DNA of 64,000 bases from Alphaproteobacteria bacterium (GTDB taxonomy: Bacteria > Pseudomonadota > Alphaproteobacteria > GCA-2731375). A program made the translations under genes and the position numbers. Every line of letters starts with the position of its first letter. Positions within the stretch are counted from its first letter, which is position 1. A model generated the notes under the pieces. The model worked only from the letters and a program-made list of their open reading frames with translations, had not been told where the DNA came from and did not search any database. Location of the stretch: positions 6,080,001 through 6,144,000 of the forward strand of contig CBDDPY010000002.1 in the NCBI GenBank assembly GCA_965232515.1, given 5' to 3'. Shown here one piece after another: positions 37,526 to 46,238 of the stretch.

Positions 37526-37790
37526 CCCGCATTTCTCAATCCCCGCACGGTCTGCGTCGCGCACAGGCGTCCGCTCCGCCAGGAGCGGGCCGAAAAGCGT
37601 AGCGGGCCTACGGTTGAGGGCCGCGACGCCGCGGGCGGGCGCCTGCGCGCGACCCTTCGGGCGGCGCCGTGCTGCCGACAGGGAGCGTCGCGCTGCTTGC
37701 CCGATGTCCCACATCGCGCCGCGCAGCGCTCCTGCCCTGTCGGCAGCACGACGCCGCGCAGACCATGCAGGGTTTAAGAAATGTGGGCTA
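37523..37790. mobile_element. MITE-like non-autonomous element with 32-bp imperfect terminal inverted repeats, TA flanks and internal hairpins
   Basis: 37525-37556 GCCCGCATTTCTCAATCCCCGCACGGTCTGCG vs reverse complement of 37757-37788 GCCCACATTTCTTAAACCCTGCATGGTCTGCG (27/32); TA at both ends; two long internal stems. Confidence 0.75.
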
Positions 37791-38981
37791 ACGCTCCGGA
37801 TGGGCGGGCTGCGGCGGTTCGCCGACATAGTGGGCGCGCGGGCGGATCAGGTTGCCCTGCCGGTACTGCTCCTGCGCATGCGCGATCCAGCCAACGCAAC
37901 GGCCCACGGCGAAGATCGACAGCGGCGCCGATGACGGCAGGCCGAGGGCGCGGGCCAGCAGGACCAGCGCTACGTCGATGGTCGGCTCGCCGTCGGTCAT
38001 CAGCCTGACCGCCGCCAGCACGCGATCGCCCCATTCGACGGCATCGGCCTCGCGCAGCATCGCCAGCAGAGCGTGCGCGCGGATATCGCCGGCCGGATAG
38101 AGCGGATGGCCGAAGCCAGGCAGGCTGTCGCCGCGTGACAGGCGTTCGGCGACCGCGGCTTCGACATCGCCGGCGGTCTCGAACTCGTTGAACAATGCCG
38201 CGACGCGCGCCGTGATACCGCCGTGGCGCGGACCCTGCAGCGCCGCCAGGCCGGCCAGCACCGCGGCATATGGCGTGGCGCGGGTCGAGGCGACGCAACG
38301 GACGGTGAAGGTCGACGCGTTCAGCTCGTGATCCGCGCAGAGCACGAGCGCGGCGCGCAGCAAATCGGCGCCCGCGGCGTCGACCCTCCAGGCCTCGCCC
38401 AGCACACTGTGGATCGGTGCGTCGCCCACCGGCGTGCCGGCGACGCCGGCCGCCAGCAGGCGCAGAATGCGGGCGCCGGTGCGGGCGACGCCAGCGGCTT
38501 CCAGGTTGTAGGCCCGCGCATCGGCCTCGGCTGCCCAAGGCAGCATGGCCTGACACCTGACCATGCCGTCGAGGCCGTCGGGCACGGCGACGTCGGGCGG
38601 CGGATTGTCGACGAACGGATCGGCCTCGCCGGCGTCCCACAACAGGCCCGCGACCGTTTCGAGACTGGCCGCCCGAGCCAGGCGCGCGGCATCGCGGCCG
38701 CGATAATAGAGCCGGCCGTCGGCGATCAGGGTCAGGCTGGAATCAAGTACCGGCAGGCCGAAGTTCAACGCGTCGCCGGCAATGCTTTCGGGATCGCGGC
38801 CCGGTCCCTTCCGCGCCCGCAGCGCTCGGACGTCGTCGGCCCGGTAGAGGCGGCTGCGGCTGTTGCCGCTGGCCTCCGAGCGGATCTGGCCACGGCTGAC
38901 GTAGGCGTAGAGCGTCGCCCGGCTGACGTTCAGTTCGGCTGCCGCCTCCCGCGCCGTCAGGTACTGCTTTTCCGTCGTCAT
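37788..38981 (-). CDS. Citrate synthase-fold protein with N-terminal excisionase/MerR-like HTH (probable regulator)
   Basis: YLTAREAAAELNVSRATLYAYVSRG HTH, then LYYRGRD, DHELNAST, PRHGG, GFGHPLY, RPRAHYVG. Confidence 0.9.
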   Translation of the reverse strand: MTTEKQYLTAREAAAELNVSRATLYAYVSRGQIRSEASGNSRSRLYRADDVRALRARKGPGRDPESIAGDALNFGLPVLDSSLTLIADGRLYYRGRDAARLARAASLETVAGLLWDAGEADPFVDNPPPDVAVPDGLDGMVRCQAMLPWAAEADARAYNLEAAGVARTGARILRLLAAGVAGTPVGDAPIHSVLGEAWRVDAAGADLLRAALVLCADHELNASTFTVRCVASTRATPYAAVLAGLAALQGPRHGGITARVAALFNEFETAGDVEAAVAERLSRGDSLPGFGHPLYPAGDIRAHALLAMLREADAVEWGDRVLAAVRLMTDGEPTIDVALVLLARALGLPSSAPLSIFAVGRCVGWIAHAQEQYRQGNLIRPRAHYVGEPPQPAHPER

Positions 38982-38988
38982 CGTCGTG

Positions 38989-39023
38989 TTGATCGTATTA
39001 ATCAATATTGACGATATATTGAT
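38989..39023. promoter_or_regulatory. Putative operator between the divergent HTH-citrate synthase and citrate synthase genes
   Basis: TTGAT-CGTATTA-ATCAA palindrome (38989-39005), then TATTGAC / TATTGAT direct repeats 11 bp apart. Confidence 0.6.
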
Positions 39024-39070
39024 CGCATGCCTATCTCCCGTCAAGCAATAGAGATCGAAAGGAGCGCGAG

Positions 39071-40168
39071 ATGGCCGCTGGATTGGAAGATGTCGTCGCC
39101 GCGGAAACCCGTCTGAGCCACGTGGATGGCCAAGCGGGGCGGCTGCTGATCGCCGGGTACGATGTGGATGACCTGGCCGGCGGCATGCGGTTCGAGGATG
39201 TGGCGGCGTTGCTCTGGCAGGATCTGGCGCCGCGGAACGCCAACGCAACGGAGATCGCCGAACAATTGGGCGCGGCCCGGCTGGCGGCGGCGGAAATGCT
39301 GCCAGAGCTCCTGCACACGACCGAAGGATTGAACCCGATCGAAGGCTTGCGCGCCGGGCTCGCCATGCTGGCCGACCACGACGACGACCGCGACCATATC
39401 CGGGTGACCGCGGCGATCCCCGTCTTCATGGCGGCACTGTCGCGGCACGCGCAAGGCCTGTCACCTGTTATGCCTGACGCGAAACGCGGGCAGGCGGATG
39501 ACTTCCTGCACATGCTGCACGGCCGGAAACCGGAGCGCTCGCATGTCGCGGCGCTCGACACCTATCTGGTGACGGTGTCGGACCACGGCATGAACGCGTC
39601 GACCTTTACCGCCCGCGTTGTCGCCTCGACTCGGGCCGGCATGGTGTCGAGCGTCGTCGCCGCGCTGTGTGCCCTGAAAGGGCCCCTGCACGGCGGCGCG
39701 CCGGGCCCGGTGCTGGACATGCTGGACGAGATCGGCTCGGCCGACCGGATCGAAGGCTGGCTCGACGCACGGCTGGCCGCGGGCGCGCGGCTGATGGGCT
39801 TCGGTCATCGGGTCTACCGCACCCGCGATCCACGCGCCGATGTCCTGAAGCGCGTCGTGCGGGATCTGCGCACCGGCGACAACCGTATCGCCTTCGCCGA
39901 GCAGATCGAGCGCGCCGCCATCGAGAAGTTGGCGACGCGTTATCCGGGCCGCCGACTCGATACCAATGTCGAGTTCTACACGGCGCTGGCGTTGGAGGCG
40001 GTCGGTCTGCCGCGCGACCTGTTCACCTGCCTGTTCGCCATGGGCCGCGTGTTGGGCTGGACGGCGCATGTCTTCGAACAGATCGCGACCAACCGCATCA
40101 TGCGTCCGCAATCGAGCTATGTCGGCCCCTGGCCCGACGGCAAGGTGCGCGCCGTCGCCGGCGGCTGA
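39071..40168 (+). CDS. Citrate synthase / 2-methylcitrate synthase family enzyme
   Basis: GLEDVVAAET.LS.VDG, DHGMNASTF, GPLHGGA, MGFGHRVY, DTNVEFY. Confidence 0.92.
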   Translation: MAAGLEDVVAAETRLSHVDGQAGRLLIAGYDVDDLAGGMRFEDVAALLWQDLAPRNANATEIAEQLGAARLAAAEMLPELLHTTEGLNPIEGLRAGLAMLADHDDDRDHIRVTAAIPVFMAALSRHAQGLSPVMPDAKRGQADDFLHMLHGRKPERSHVAALDTYLVTVSDHGMNASTFTARVVASTRAGMVSSVVAALCALKGPLHGGAPGPVLDMLDEIGSADRIEGWLDARLAAGARLMGFGHRVYRTRDPRADVLKRVVRDLRTGDNRIAFAEQIERAAIEKLATRYPGRRLDTNVEFYTALALEAVGLPRDLFTCLFAMGRVLGWTAHVFEQIATNRIMRPQSSYVGPWPDGKVRAVAGG

Positions 40169-40221
40169 GATCGGCATCGGCGCACGTTCCGTCGCGGGCG
40201 TCGACAGGCTATGCTGTCGCC

Positions 40222-41094
40222 ATGACGAAATTGACGGACGAGCAAATCGCCGCGTTCCGGCGCGACGGCTATCTGATGGTCGGCGGCGCGGTCGACGCGG
40301 CCGCGCTGGCGGCGATGCGGCAGCAACTGGACGATTGGATCGACGAGAGCCGCGAGCATGCCGATAGCTGGGGCGAGACCGTCGGCGGATCGCCCCGGTT
40401 CGATCTGGAGGCGGGACACGCGGCCGATGCGCCGCGCCTGCGGCGGATCAACAATCCGGCCGAGATTTCAGACGCGTTTTTCGCCACCACCTTCGACGGC
40501 CCGGTGGCCGAGATGGTGGCCGACCTGATCGGCCCAGATGTGAAGTTCCACCACGGCAAGATCAACAGCAAGCAGCCGCGCACCGACAGCCGGGTCGGTT
40601 TGCATCAGGACTTCTCCTACACGCCGCACACCAACGACGACATCGTCACCGTGCTGCTGCTGCTGGATGACATGACGGTCGAGAACGGCCCGTTGCGGGT
40701 CGCGCCCGGCACCCATCGCGAGGGCCAGAAGAGCCTCTGGCACGACGGTGTGTTCACCGGGCAGGTCGCCGCCGACGTGGCGGCGGAAATGGAAGGTCGC
40801 CTGGTCACGCTGACCGGCAAGGCGGGCGATGTCTGCCTGATGCATACCAATCTGCTGCATGGGTCGGCGCCGAACGGCTCGGACGAGCGGCGGACGCTGT
40901 TTATCTCCGTCTACACGGCCGCGGACGCGGTGGCCCTGGCGGCGTCGCCGTTGCCGAACCGGTTCGAGAACAAAATCGTCGCCGGGCAGGCCGTGCGAAC
41001 CGCGCGGCTGACAGTCGACCGGGTCGAGCTGCCGGCCGCTTCGCACAGCGGCTCGTTCTTCAATCTGGCGGGTCAGGGCACCAATACGGGCTGA
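40222..41094 (+). CDS. Phytanoyl-CoA dioxygenase family Fe(II)/2-oxoglutarate oxygenase
   Basis: MTKLTDEQIAAFRRDGY, HQD..H facial triad (LHQDF, LLHGS), ENGPLRVAPGTH; true start ATG 40222. Confidence 0.9.
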   Translation: MTKLTDEQIAAFRRDGYLMVGGAVDAAALAAMRQQLDDWIDESREHADSWGETVGGSPRFDLEAGHAADAPRLRRINNPAEISDAFFATTFDGPVAEMVADLIGPDVKFHHGKINSKQPRTDSRVGLHQDFSYTPHTNDDIVTVLLLLDDMTVENGPLRVAPGTHREGQKSLWHDGVFTGQVAADVAAEMEGRLVTLTGKAGDVCLMHTNLLHGSAPNGSDERRTLFISVYTAADAVALAASPLPNRFENKIVAGQAVRTARLTVDRVELPAASHSGSFFNLAGQGTNTG

Positions 41095-41105
41095 CCGCGC
41101 CCGTG

Positions 41106-41134
41106 ATTGTTTTCGTCTAAGAAACAATATTGTT
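41106..41134. promoter_or_regulatory. Palindromic putative operator upstream of the yqjG-like gene
   Basis: ATTGTTT-N9-AAACAAT overlapping an AACAATATTGTT palindrome in an AT-rich patch. Confidence 0.4.
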
Positions 41135-41199
41135 CCGTCTGGTCGCTTTGTGGCGGCCGTGGCCCCACTTATATGTCGTCGAAACAGGGGAGTGGCAGC

Positions 41200-42165
41200 A
41201 TGGGCATGCTGATCGACGGCGCGTGGATTGAGGACGACGCCAAGTACCGGCAATCCGGCGGCAAGTTCGTTCGCCGCGACTCGCATTTCCGCAACTGGGT
41301 GACATCGGACGGATCGTCCGGCTATCCCGCCGAGGCCGGGCGGTACCATCTCTATGTGGCCGCGGCCTGTCCCTGGGCGCACCGGACGATCCTGTTCCGC
41401 AAGCTGAAGGGTCTCGAGGACGCGATCTCGCTGTCCTATGTCGATCCGGTCGCGCTGGCCGGCGGCTGGGCCTTCACCAGCGAGCCCGACCCACTGTTCG
41501 ACGCCAATTTCCTGCACGAGATCTATCAGCGCGCCGATAAGAGCTACACCGGCCGGGTGACCGTCCCGGTGTTGTGGGACCAGCAGACCGACGGAATCGT
41601 GAACAACGAGTCGTCCGAAATCATCCGTATGTTCAACAACGCCTTCGACACGATCGGCAATGCGGCGGTGGACTACTATCCGGCGGCGCTGCGGGCTGAT
41701 ATCGACGCGATCAACGCTGTCATCTACGACCGCGTCAACAACGGCGTCTACAAGTGCGGTTTTGCCAGAGCGCAGGAGGCGTACGATGAGGCTTTCGACG
41801 TTCTGTTCGCCACGCTCGACGACCTGGAGCAACGTCTCGACGGGCAGCGCTACCTCGTCGGCGATCGTCTGACCGAGGCCGATTGGCGACTGTTCACCAC
41901 GCTGGTGCGGTTCGACGCCGTCTATTTCGGGCACTTCAAGTGCAACCTGAGGCGCATCGCCGACTACCCGAACCTGTCGAACTATCTGCGCGAGCTCTAC
42001 CAGATGCCGGGCGTTGCCGACACGGTCGATCTGGAAGATTTCAAGACCCATTACTATGCGAGCCAGTTGTCGGTCAATCCGACCGGTATCGTGGCGAGAG
42101 GGCCCGAGCTGGATCTCAGCGCGCCGCATGACCGCGGCCGTTTCGCCGTCGCCGCGGCCGAATAA
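41200..42165 (+). CDS. yqjG: Glutathionyl-hydroquinone reductase (YqjG/ECM4 family)
   Basis: GRYHLYVAAACPWAHRT, YTGRVTVPVLWD, NNESSEIIRM, NNGVYKCGFA. Confidence 0.93.
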   Translation: MGMLIDGAWIEDDAKYRQSGGKFVRRDSHFRNWVTSDGSSGYPAEAGRYHLYVAAACPWAHRTILFRKLKGLEDAISLSYVDPVALAGGWAFTSEPDPLFDANFLHEIYQRADKSYTGRVTVPVLWDQQTDGIVNNESSEIIRMFNNAFDTIGNAAVDYYPAALRADIDAINAVIYDRVNNGVYKCGFARAQEAYDEAFDVLFATLDDLEQRLDGQRYLVGDRLTEADWRLFTTLVRFDAVYFGHFKCNLRRIADYPNLSNYLRELYQMPGVADTVDLEDFKTHYYASQLSVNPTGIVARGPELDLSAPHDRGRFAVAAAE

Positions 42166-42222
42166 GACAGCCGCGGCAAGATGATCGCTACGGTTCGCGA
42201 CGTGCGACGGCCGGATTGAGCC

Positions 42223-43092
42223 ATGCTCGCCGGCCTGTTGTCTCCCGATAACCCGGCTTTTCAGAGCGCGGTGCTGCCGTTTCTTCTGGCCGCCGTCGTT
42301 GCCGGTTTGATCCGGCTGGCGGGCGGCAGCGGGCGCGGCGCGCTGCTGGCCGGCGCGGCGGTCGGCCTGGCGGTGCTGGTCGTCTATGCGGTCGTGCTGG
42401 GGATGCCGCCGTTTCCGCCCCGGTCGTCGGGGCAGAAGCTGTTCTACGTGGCGGTCGCGGGTCTGGTGCTCGGCATCGCGCTCGATTTGGGCCGGATGCG
42501 CGGCAGAGTTCTGACCCTGCTGCTGTTAGCATTCATTGCCGTCGCGTCGGTGTGGGTCGGCTGGCCGGCCTGGAAACGCCTGGCGGCGGCGCCTGACACC
42601 TGGATGCCGGCTGTGACGCTCCTGCTCCTGCTGACAGCGGCAGTGCCGCTGGCGCGCGCGGCGCCGAACGGGATTTCGGCGGCGGTGATGTTGCTGATCG
42701 CCGCGGTTGGCCTGGCGATGGTCGCGTTGACGGCGAACTCGGCATCGCTATCCCAGATCGCCGGCGCGCTGGCCGCCGCCGTTGGCGGCTTTCTCGTCTG
42801 GAACTGGCCCAAGGCGCGTTTCCCCGTCTCCGCCGCGCTGTTGTTCGGCGCCATGGGCGCCTTCGCGGCGCTGACGACGCAAGCGGCTCTGTTCACCCGG
42901 GCCGATCCGTGGACGCTCGCGCCCTTGGTTCTGGTGTTTCTGGCCGCGATACCGGCGTCGCGGCTGAGCATCGGCAGCGGCGCGGTTCGTGCCGCGCTGT
43001 CCCCCCTTGTCATCGGGTTTTGCGCGGCGTTGCCGGCCGCGCTCGCGGTCGCTTTGGGCTTTTGGCTCAACGGCGACGTTTACACCGGCTGA
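42223..43092 (+). CDS. Polytopic membrane hypothetical protein
   Basis: About 10 hydrophobic segments, PPFPP..SGQKLFY motif; co-oriented between yqjG and yceI. Confidence 0.7.
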   Translation: MLAGLLSPDNPAFQSAVLPFLLAAVVAGLIRLAGGSGRGALLAGAAVGLAVLVVYAVVLGMPPFPPRSSGQKLFYVAVAGLVLGIALDLGRMRGRVLTLLLLAFIAVASVWVGWPAWKRLAAAPDTWMPAVTLLLLLTAAVPLARAAPNGISAAVMLLIAAVGLAMVALTANSASLSQIAGALAAAVGGFLVWNWPKARFPVSAALLFGAMGAFAALTTQAALFTRADPWTLAPLVLVFLAAIPASRLSIGSGAVRAALSPLVIGFCAALPAALAVALGFWLNGDVYTG

Positions 43093-43135
43093 CCTGCCGA
43101 CGATTTTCGCACACAACAGGAAGGGAGTGCTTCAG

Positions 43136-43720
43136 ATGAAACCGTTTCGTGTTTTGGGTATCGCCACCGCCTTCGCCTTGGCGCTCGGCACACTGCCCGC
43201 CAAGGCCGCGGACGAGATGGAGATCGACCCGGCGCATACGAATATCGCCTTCATGATCGATCATCTCGGCTATTCGATGATGCTGGGCCGGTTCGCCGAT
43301 TTCGATATCGCGCTGGCGTTCGATCAGAACCAGGTTGGCAACAGTACGCTTGCGGTATCCGTAAAGACGGAGAGCCTGACCACCTTCCATGCGAAGCGGG
43401 ACGAGCATTTGCGGTCGCCCGATTTCTTCAACACGGCCGAGTTTCCCGCGATGACCTTCACCTCGACCGCGATCGAGCAGACCGGCGACAATACCGGCAA
43501 GGTGACCGGCGATCTCACCCTGCTGGGCGTGACCAAGCCGGTGACGTTGGACGTCACCTTCAACAAGGCGGCGCCGCATCCGTTCAACAAGAAGATGACC
43601 GTCGGCTTCTCGGCCCGCGGCATGCTGAAGCGCTCCGATTTCGGCATGGCCTATGGTTTGCCGGCGATCGGCGATGACGTCGAGCTGATCATCGAGGCCG
43701 AGGCCGTGAAGCCGGAGTAG
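43136..43720 (+). CDS. YceI family periplasmic protein
   Basis: Signal peptide, IDPAHT, HLGYS, RDEHLRSPDFFN, GDLTLLGVTKPV, RSDFGM; GGGAG RBS. Confidence 0.93.
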   Translation: MKPFRVLGIATAFALALGTLPAKAADEMEIDPAHTNIAFMIDHLGYSMMLGRFADFDIALAFDQNQVGNSTLAVSVKTESLTTFHAKRDEHLRSPDFFNTAEFPAMTFTSTAIEQTGDNTGKVTGDLTLLGVTKPVTLDVTFNKAAPHPFNKKMTVGFSARGMLKRSDFGMAYGLPAIGDDVELIIEAEAVKPE

Positions 43721-43768
43721 TCTCCCGCCGGACACCATTTGGGCTCATTAGCCCTAGCGCTTGTTAAC

Positions 43769-43801
43769 CTTGAGGGCGGCCGCCCCACGGCCGCCCTCAA
43801 G
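43769..43801 (+). terminator. Probable intrinsic terminator after yceI
   Basis: Perfect 14-bp stem CTTGAGGGCGGCCG-CCCCA-CGGCCGCCCTCAAG followed by CATTTCTT. Confidence 0.65.
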
Positions 43802-43920
43802 CATTTCTTAATCCGGACTATCCACCATACGTCGGTTGCGCTGCTGAACCGCCGCGCCCGGCAGCCATTCGACATCGCTGCCCGGCCGGCGGAGGCCGAT
43901 TTGCGGAACGGAACGGCGGT

Positions 43921-45159
43921 ATGTCCGGCATGATGGAATGGATGCGGCAGGCCGATTGGCTGGTCCGCCGACGGCTGGTCGCCTATTCGGCGATCTTTGT
44001 CGTGATGTATGTCGTCGCCGCCGGCATCTGGTTGGCCATGAGCAGCGGCGGCATCGACATCAACGGCAGGCCCATCGGTCCCGATTTTGTCAATGTCTGG
44101 GCGGCCGGCAGCCTGGCGCTGACCGACCGATCAGCCGACATCTACGAGTATACCGCCCATCACGAGGCCCAAAAGGCAGCTTTTGGCGGCGCCCATGTGC
44201 CCTATTTCGGCTGGCACTACCCGCCCATGTTCCTGCTGCTCGCCCTACCGCTGGCGTTGTTGCCCTACCTGGCGGCGTTGAGCCTTTGGCTGCTGTCGAC
44301 GCTGCCGCTCTTCTTGCTGGCGGTCTATCGAATTCTGCCGCGCCGCGAATCGCTTTTGCTGGCATTGGCGTTCCCCGGCGTTTTCGTCAATTTGAGCCAC
44401 GGGCAGAATGGTTTTCTCACCGCGGCCCTACTTGGCGGCGGTTTGCTGCTGCTCGAGAGGCGACCGCTGCTGGCCGGTCTGTTGTTCGGATTGCTGACCT
44501 ACAAGCCGCAGTTCGGGCTCTTGATCCCGCTGGTTTTGCTGCTCGGACAACGCTGGGATACCATTGTGGTGGCGGCCGGGACCGCGGCCTTCGTCGCCAT
44601 GGTTTCGTTGCTGTTGTTCGGACCCGAAACCTGGATCGCGTTCCTCGACAGTCTGGCGCTGACGAGAGAGGTGATCGTCGAGCAGGGTGTGACCGGCTGG
44701 CACAAGATCATGAGCGTGTTCGCGGCCGCGCGCATGTATGGCGCCGGTATCGAGCTGGCCTATCTCATTCAAGCGGCCGTCGGCATTTGCGCCATGGCGA
44801 CGGTCTTGTGGTTGTGGGCCCTGACGGTTCCGCACGGGCTGAAATGCGCCGCGCTGGTGGCCGCGACCCCGTTGCTGACGCCTTATGTCCTGGACTACGA
44901 CCTGGTCATCCTGGCCCTACCGGTGGCTTGGCTGGCGGCCGATGGATTGCGACGCGGGTTCCTGCCCTGGGAGAAGCTGACGTTGGCCGCCGTCTGGTTG
45001 CTGCCGCTTCTGTCGCGGCCGATCGGTCTGAGCCTGTCGCTGCCGATTACGCCACCGTTGTTGATGATCCTGTTGTTCGTGATCTTCCGTCGCGCCCGTA
45101 GTCCGGCGCTTGCCGGCGCAACCCCGACCGATGTTCGACCGCGGGCGGCACATGCCTGA
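43921..45159 (+). CDS. GT87/DUF2029 GT-C fold membrane glycosyltransferase
   Basis: G.DFVNVWAAG, WHYPP, GQNGFLTAAL, YKPQFGLL, PYVLDYDL. Confidence 0.88.
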   Translation: MSGMMEWMRQADWLVRRRLVAYSAIFVVMYVVAAGIWLAMSSGGIDINGRPIGPDFVNVWAAGSLALTDRSADIYEYTAHHEAQKAAFGGAHVPYFGWHYPPMFLLLALPLALLPYLAALSLWLLSTLPLFLLAVYRILPRRESLLLALAFPGVFVNLSHGQNGFLTAALLGGGLLLLERRPLLAGLLFGLLTYKPQFGLLIPLVLLLGQRWDTIVVAAGTAAFVAMVSLLLFGPETWIAFLDSLALTREVIVEQGVTGWHKIMSVFAAARMYGAGIELAYLIQAAVGICAMATVLWLWALTVPHGLKCAALVAATPLLTPYVLDYDLVILALPVAWLAADGLRRGFLPWEKLTLAAVWLLPLLSRPIGLSLSLPITPPLLMILLFVIFRRARSPALAGATPTDVRPRAAHA

Positions 45160-46150
45160 GCAGGCGGTGAACTGGACCGCCGCGGCGATCCGGGAGCTGG
45201 TCGCCGCCGTCGATGCGCCCCGGGTGGCGGTGCTATTGCCCTGCTACAACGAGGAGGCGACGGTCGTTGAGGTAATCGCCGATTTCCGCGCGGCGTTGCC
45301 CGAGGCCGAGATTTACGTCTATGACAACGCGTCGACCGACGCGACGGCCGAGCTTGCCGCCGCGGCCGGCGCGGTCGTCCGCCGCGAGCCGCTGCGCGGT
45401 AAGGGCAATGTCATTCGGCGCATGTTCGCGGACATCGATGCCGACATTTACGTGATGGCCGATAGCGACGGCACCTACGACGCCGCTGCCGCGCCCGAGC
45501 TGGTCGAGCGACTGGTCTCGGACAATCTCGATATGGTGGTCGGCACGCGGGCCGGCGGCGGCGCGGCGGCCTATCGTTGGGGGCACGTGTTCGGCAACCG
45601 CATGTTCAACAAGGTCGTCGCGATACTGTTCGGCGACGGCTTGCACGACATCCTGTCGGGCTATCGCGTGTTCTCTCGCCGCTTCGTCAAATCGTTTCCG
45701 GCGCTGGCGACGGGCTTCGAGACCGAGACCGAGCTCAGCATTCACGCCCTCGACCTGCATCTGCCCGTGGCCGAGATCGAAACCGCCTATGGCGCCCGTC
45801 CGAGCGGGTCGGTCAGTAAACTCCGCACGGTGCGGGACGGGCTGTCGATCCTCTGGACCATCATGCTGCTGTTCAAGGAGGTCCACCCGTTCTGGTTCTT
45901 CGGCGCGATCTCCGCGGCATTCGCCGCCCTGTCGTTGGGACTGGCCTATCCGGTCATCGTCGAATACCTGCTGACCGGTCAGGTGCCCCGGTTCCCGACC
46001 GCGATCCTGGCCACCGGCGTCATGCTGCTCGCCTGCCTCGGATTTGCCTGCGGGCTGATCCTGGACAGCGTCTGCCGCGGCCGCCGCGAGGCCAAGCGCA
46101 TGTGTTATCTGGCGCTGACGTCGGTCGGCGCCAAACTGCCGAGCGACTGA
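45152..46150 (+). CDS. GT2 polyprenol-phosphate glycosyltransferase (DPM/GtrB-like)
   Basis: LLPCYNEE, VYDNASTD, DSDGTY, DILSGYR, GFETETE, two C-terminal TM helices. Confidence 0.9.
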   Translation: MPEQAVNWTAAAIRELVAAVDAPRVAVLLPCYNEEATVVEVIADFRAALPEAEIYVYDNASTDATAELAAAAGAVVRREPLRGKGNVIRRMFADIDADIYVMADSDGTYDAAAAPELVERLVSDNLDMVVGTRAGGGAAAYRWGHVFGNRMFNKVVAILFGDGLHDILSGYRVFSRRFVKSFPALATGFETETELSIHALDLHLPVAEIETAYGARPSGSVSKLRTVRDGLSILWTIMLLFKEVHPFWFFGAISAAFAALSLGLAYPVIVEYLLTGQVPRFPTAILATGVMLLACLGFACGLILDSVCRGRREAKRMCYLALTSVGAKLPSD

Positions 46151-46238
46151 CCGACACGCCCACGCGGTTAAGCCTTCACCTTGGCGTCGGCCGAAAAATG
46201 CCGCATCCTCTCGGTCTATCGGGAGGTTGCGACAGACA

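Noticed and set aside
37523-37790. Structured intergenic region as tRNA, 6S, SRP, tmRNA or a riboswitch
   Set aside because: No T-loop/anticodon, SRP or tmRNA signatures; it lies between convergent 3' ends and has TIRs with TA flanks, which fits a MITE.
38989-39005. TTGAT...ATCAA as an FNR box
   Set aside because: Half-site spacing is 7 bp rather than 4; better explained as the operator of the adjacent HTH-citrate synthase.
39667-40221. N-terminal 185 aa of the 475-aa ORF as part of the PhyH dioxygenase
   Set aside because: It overlaps the citrate synthase gene in another frame; the family N-terminus begins at ATG 40222.
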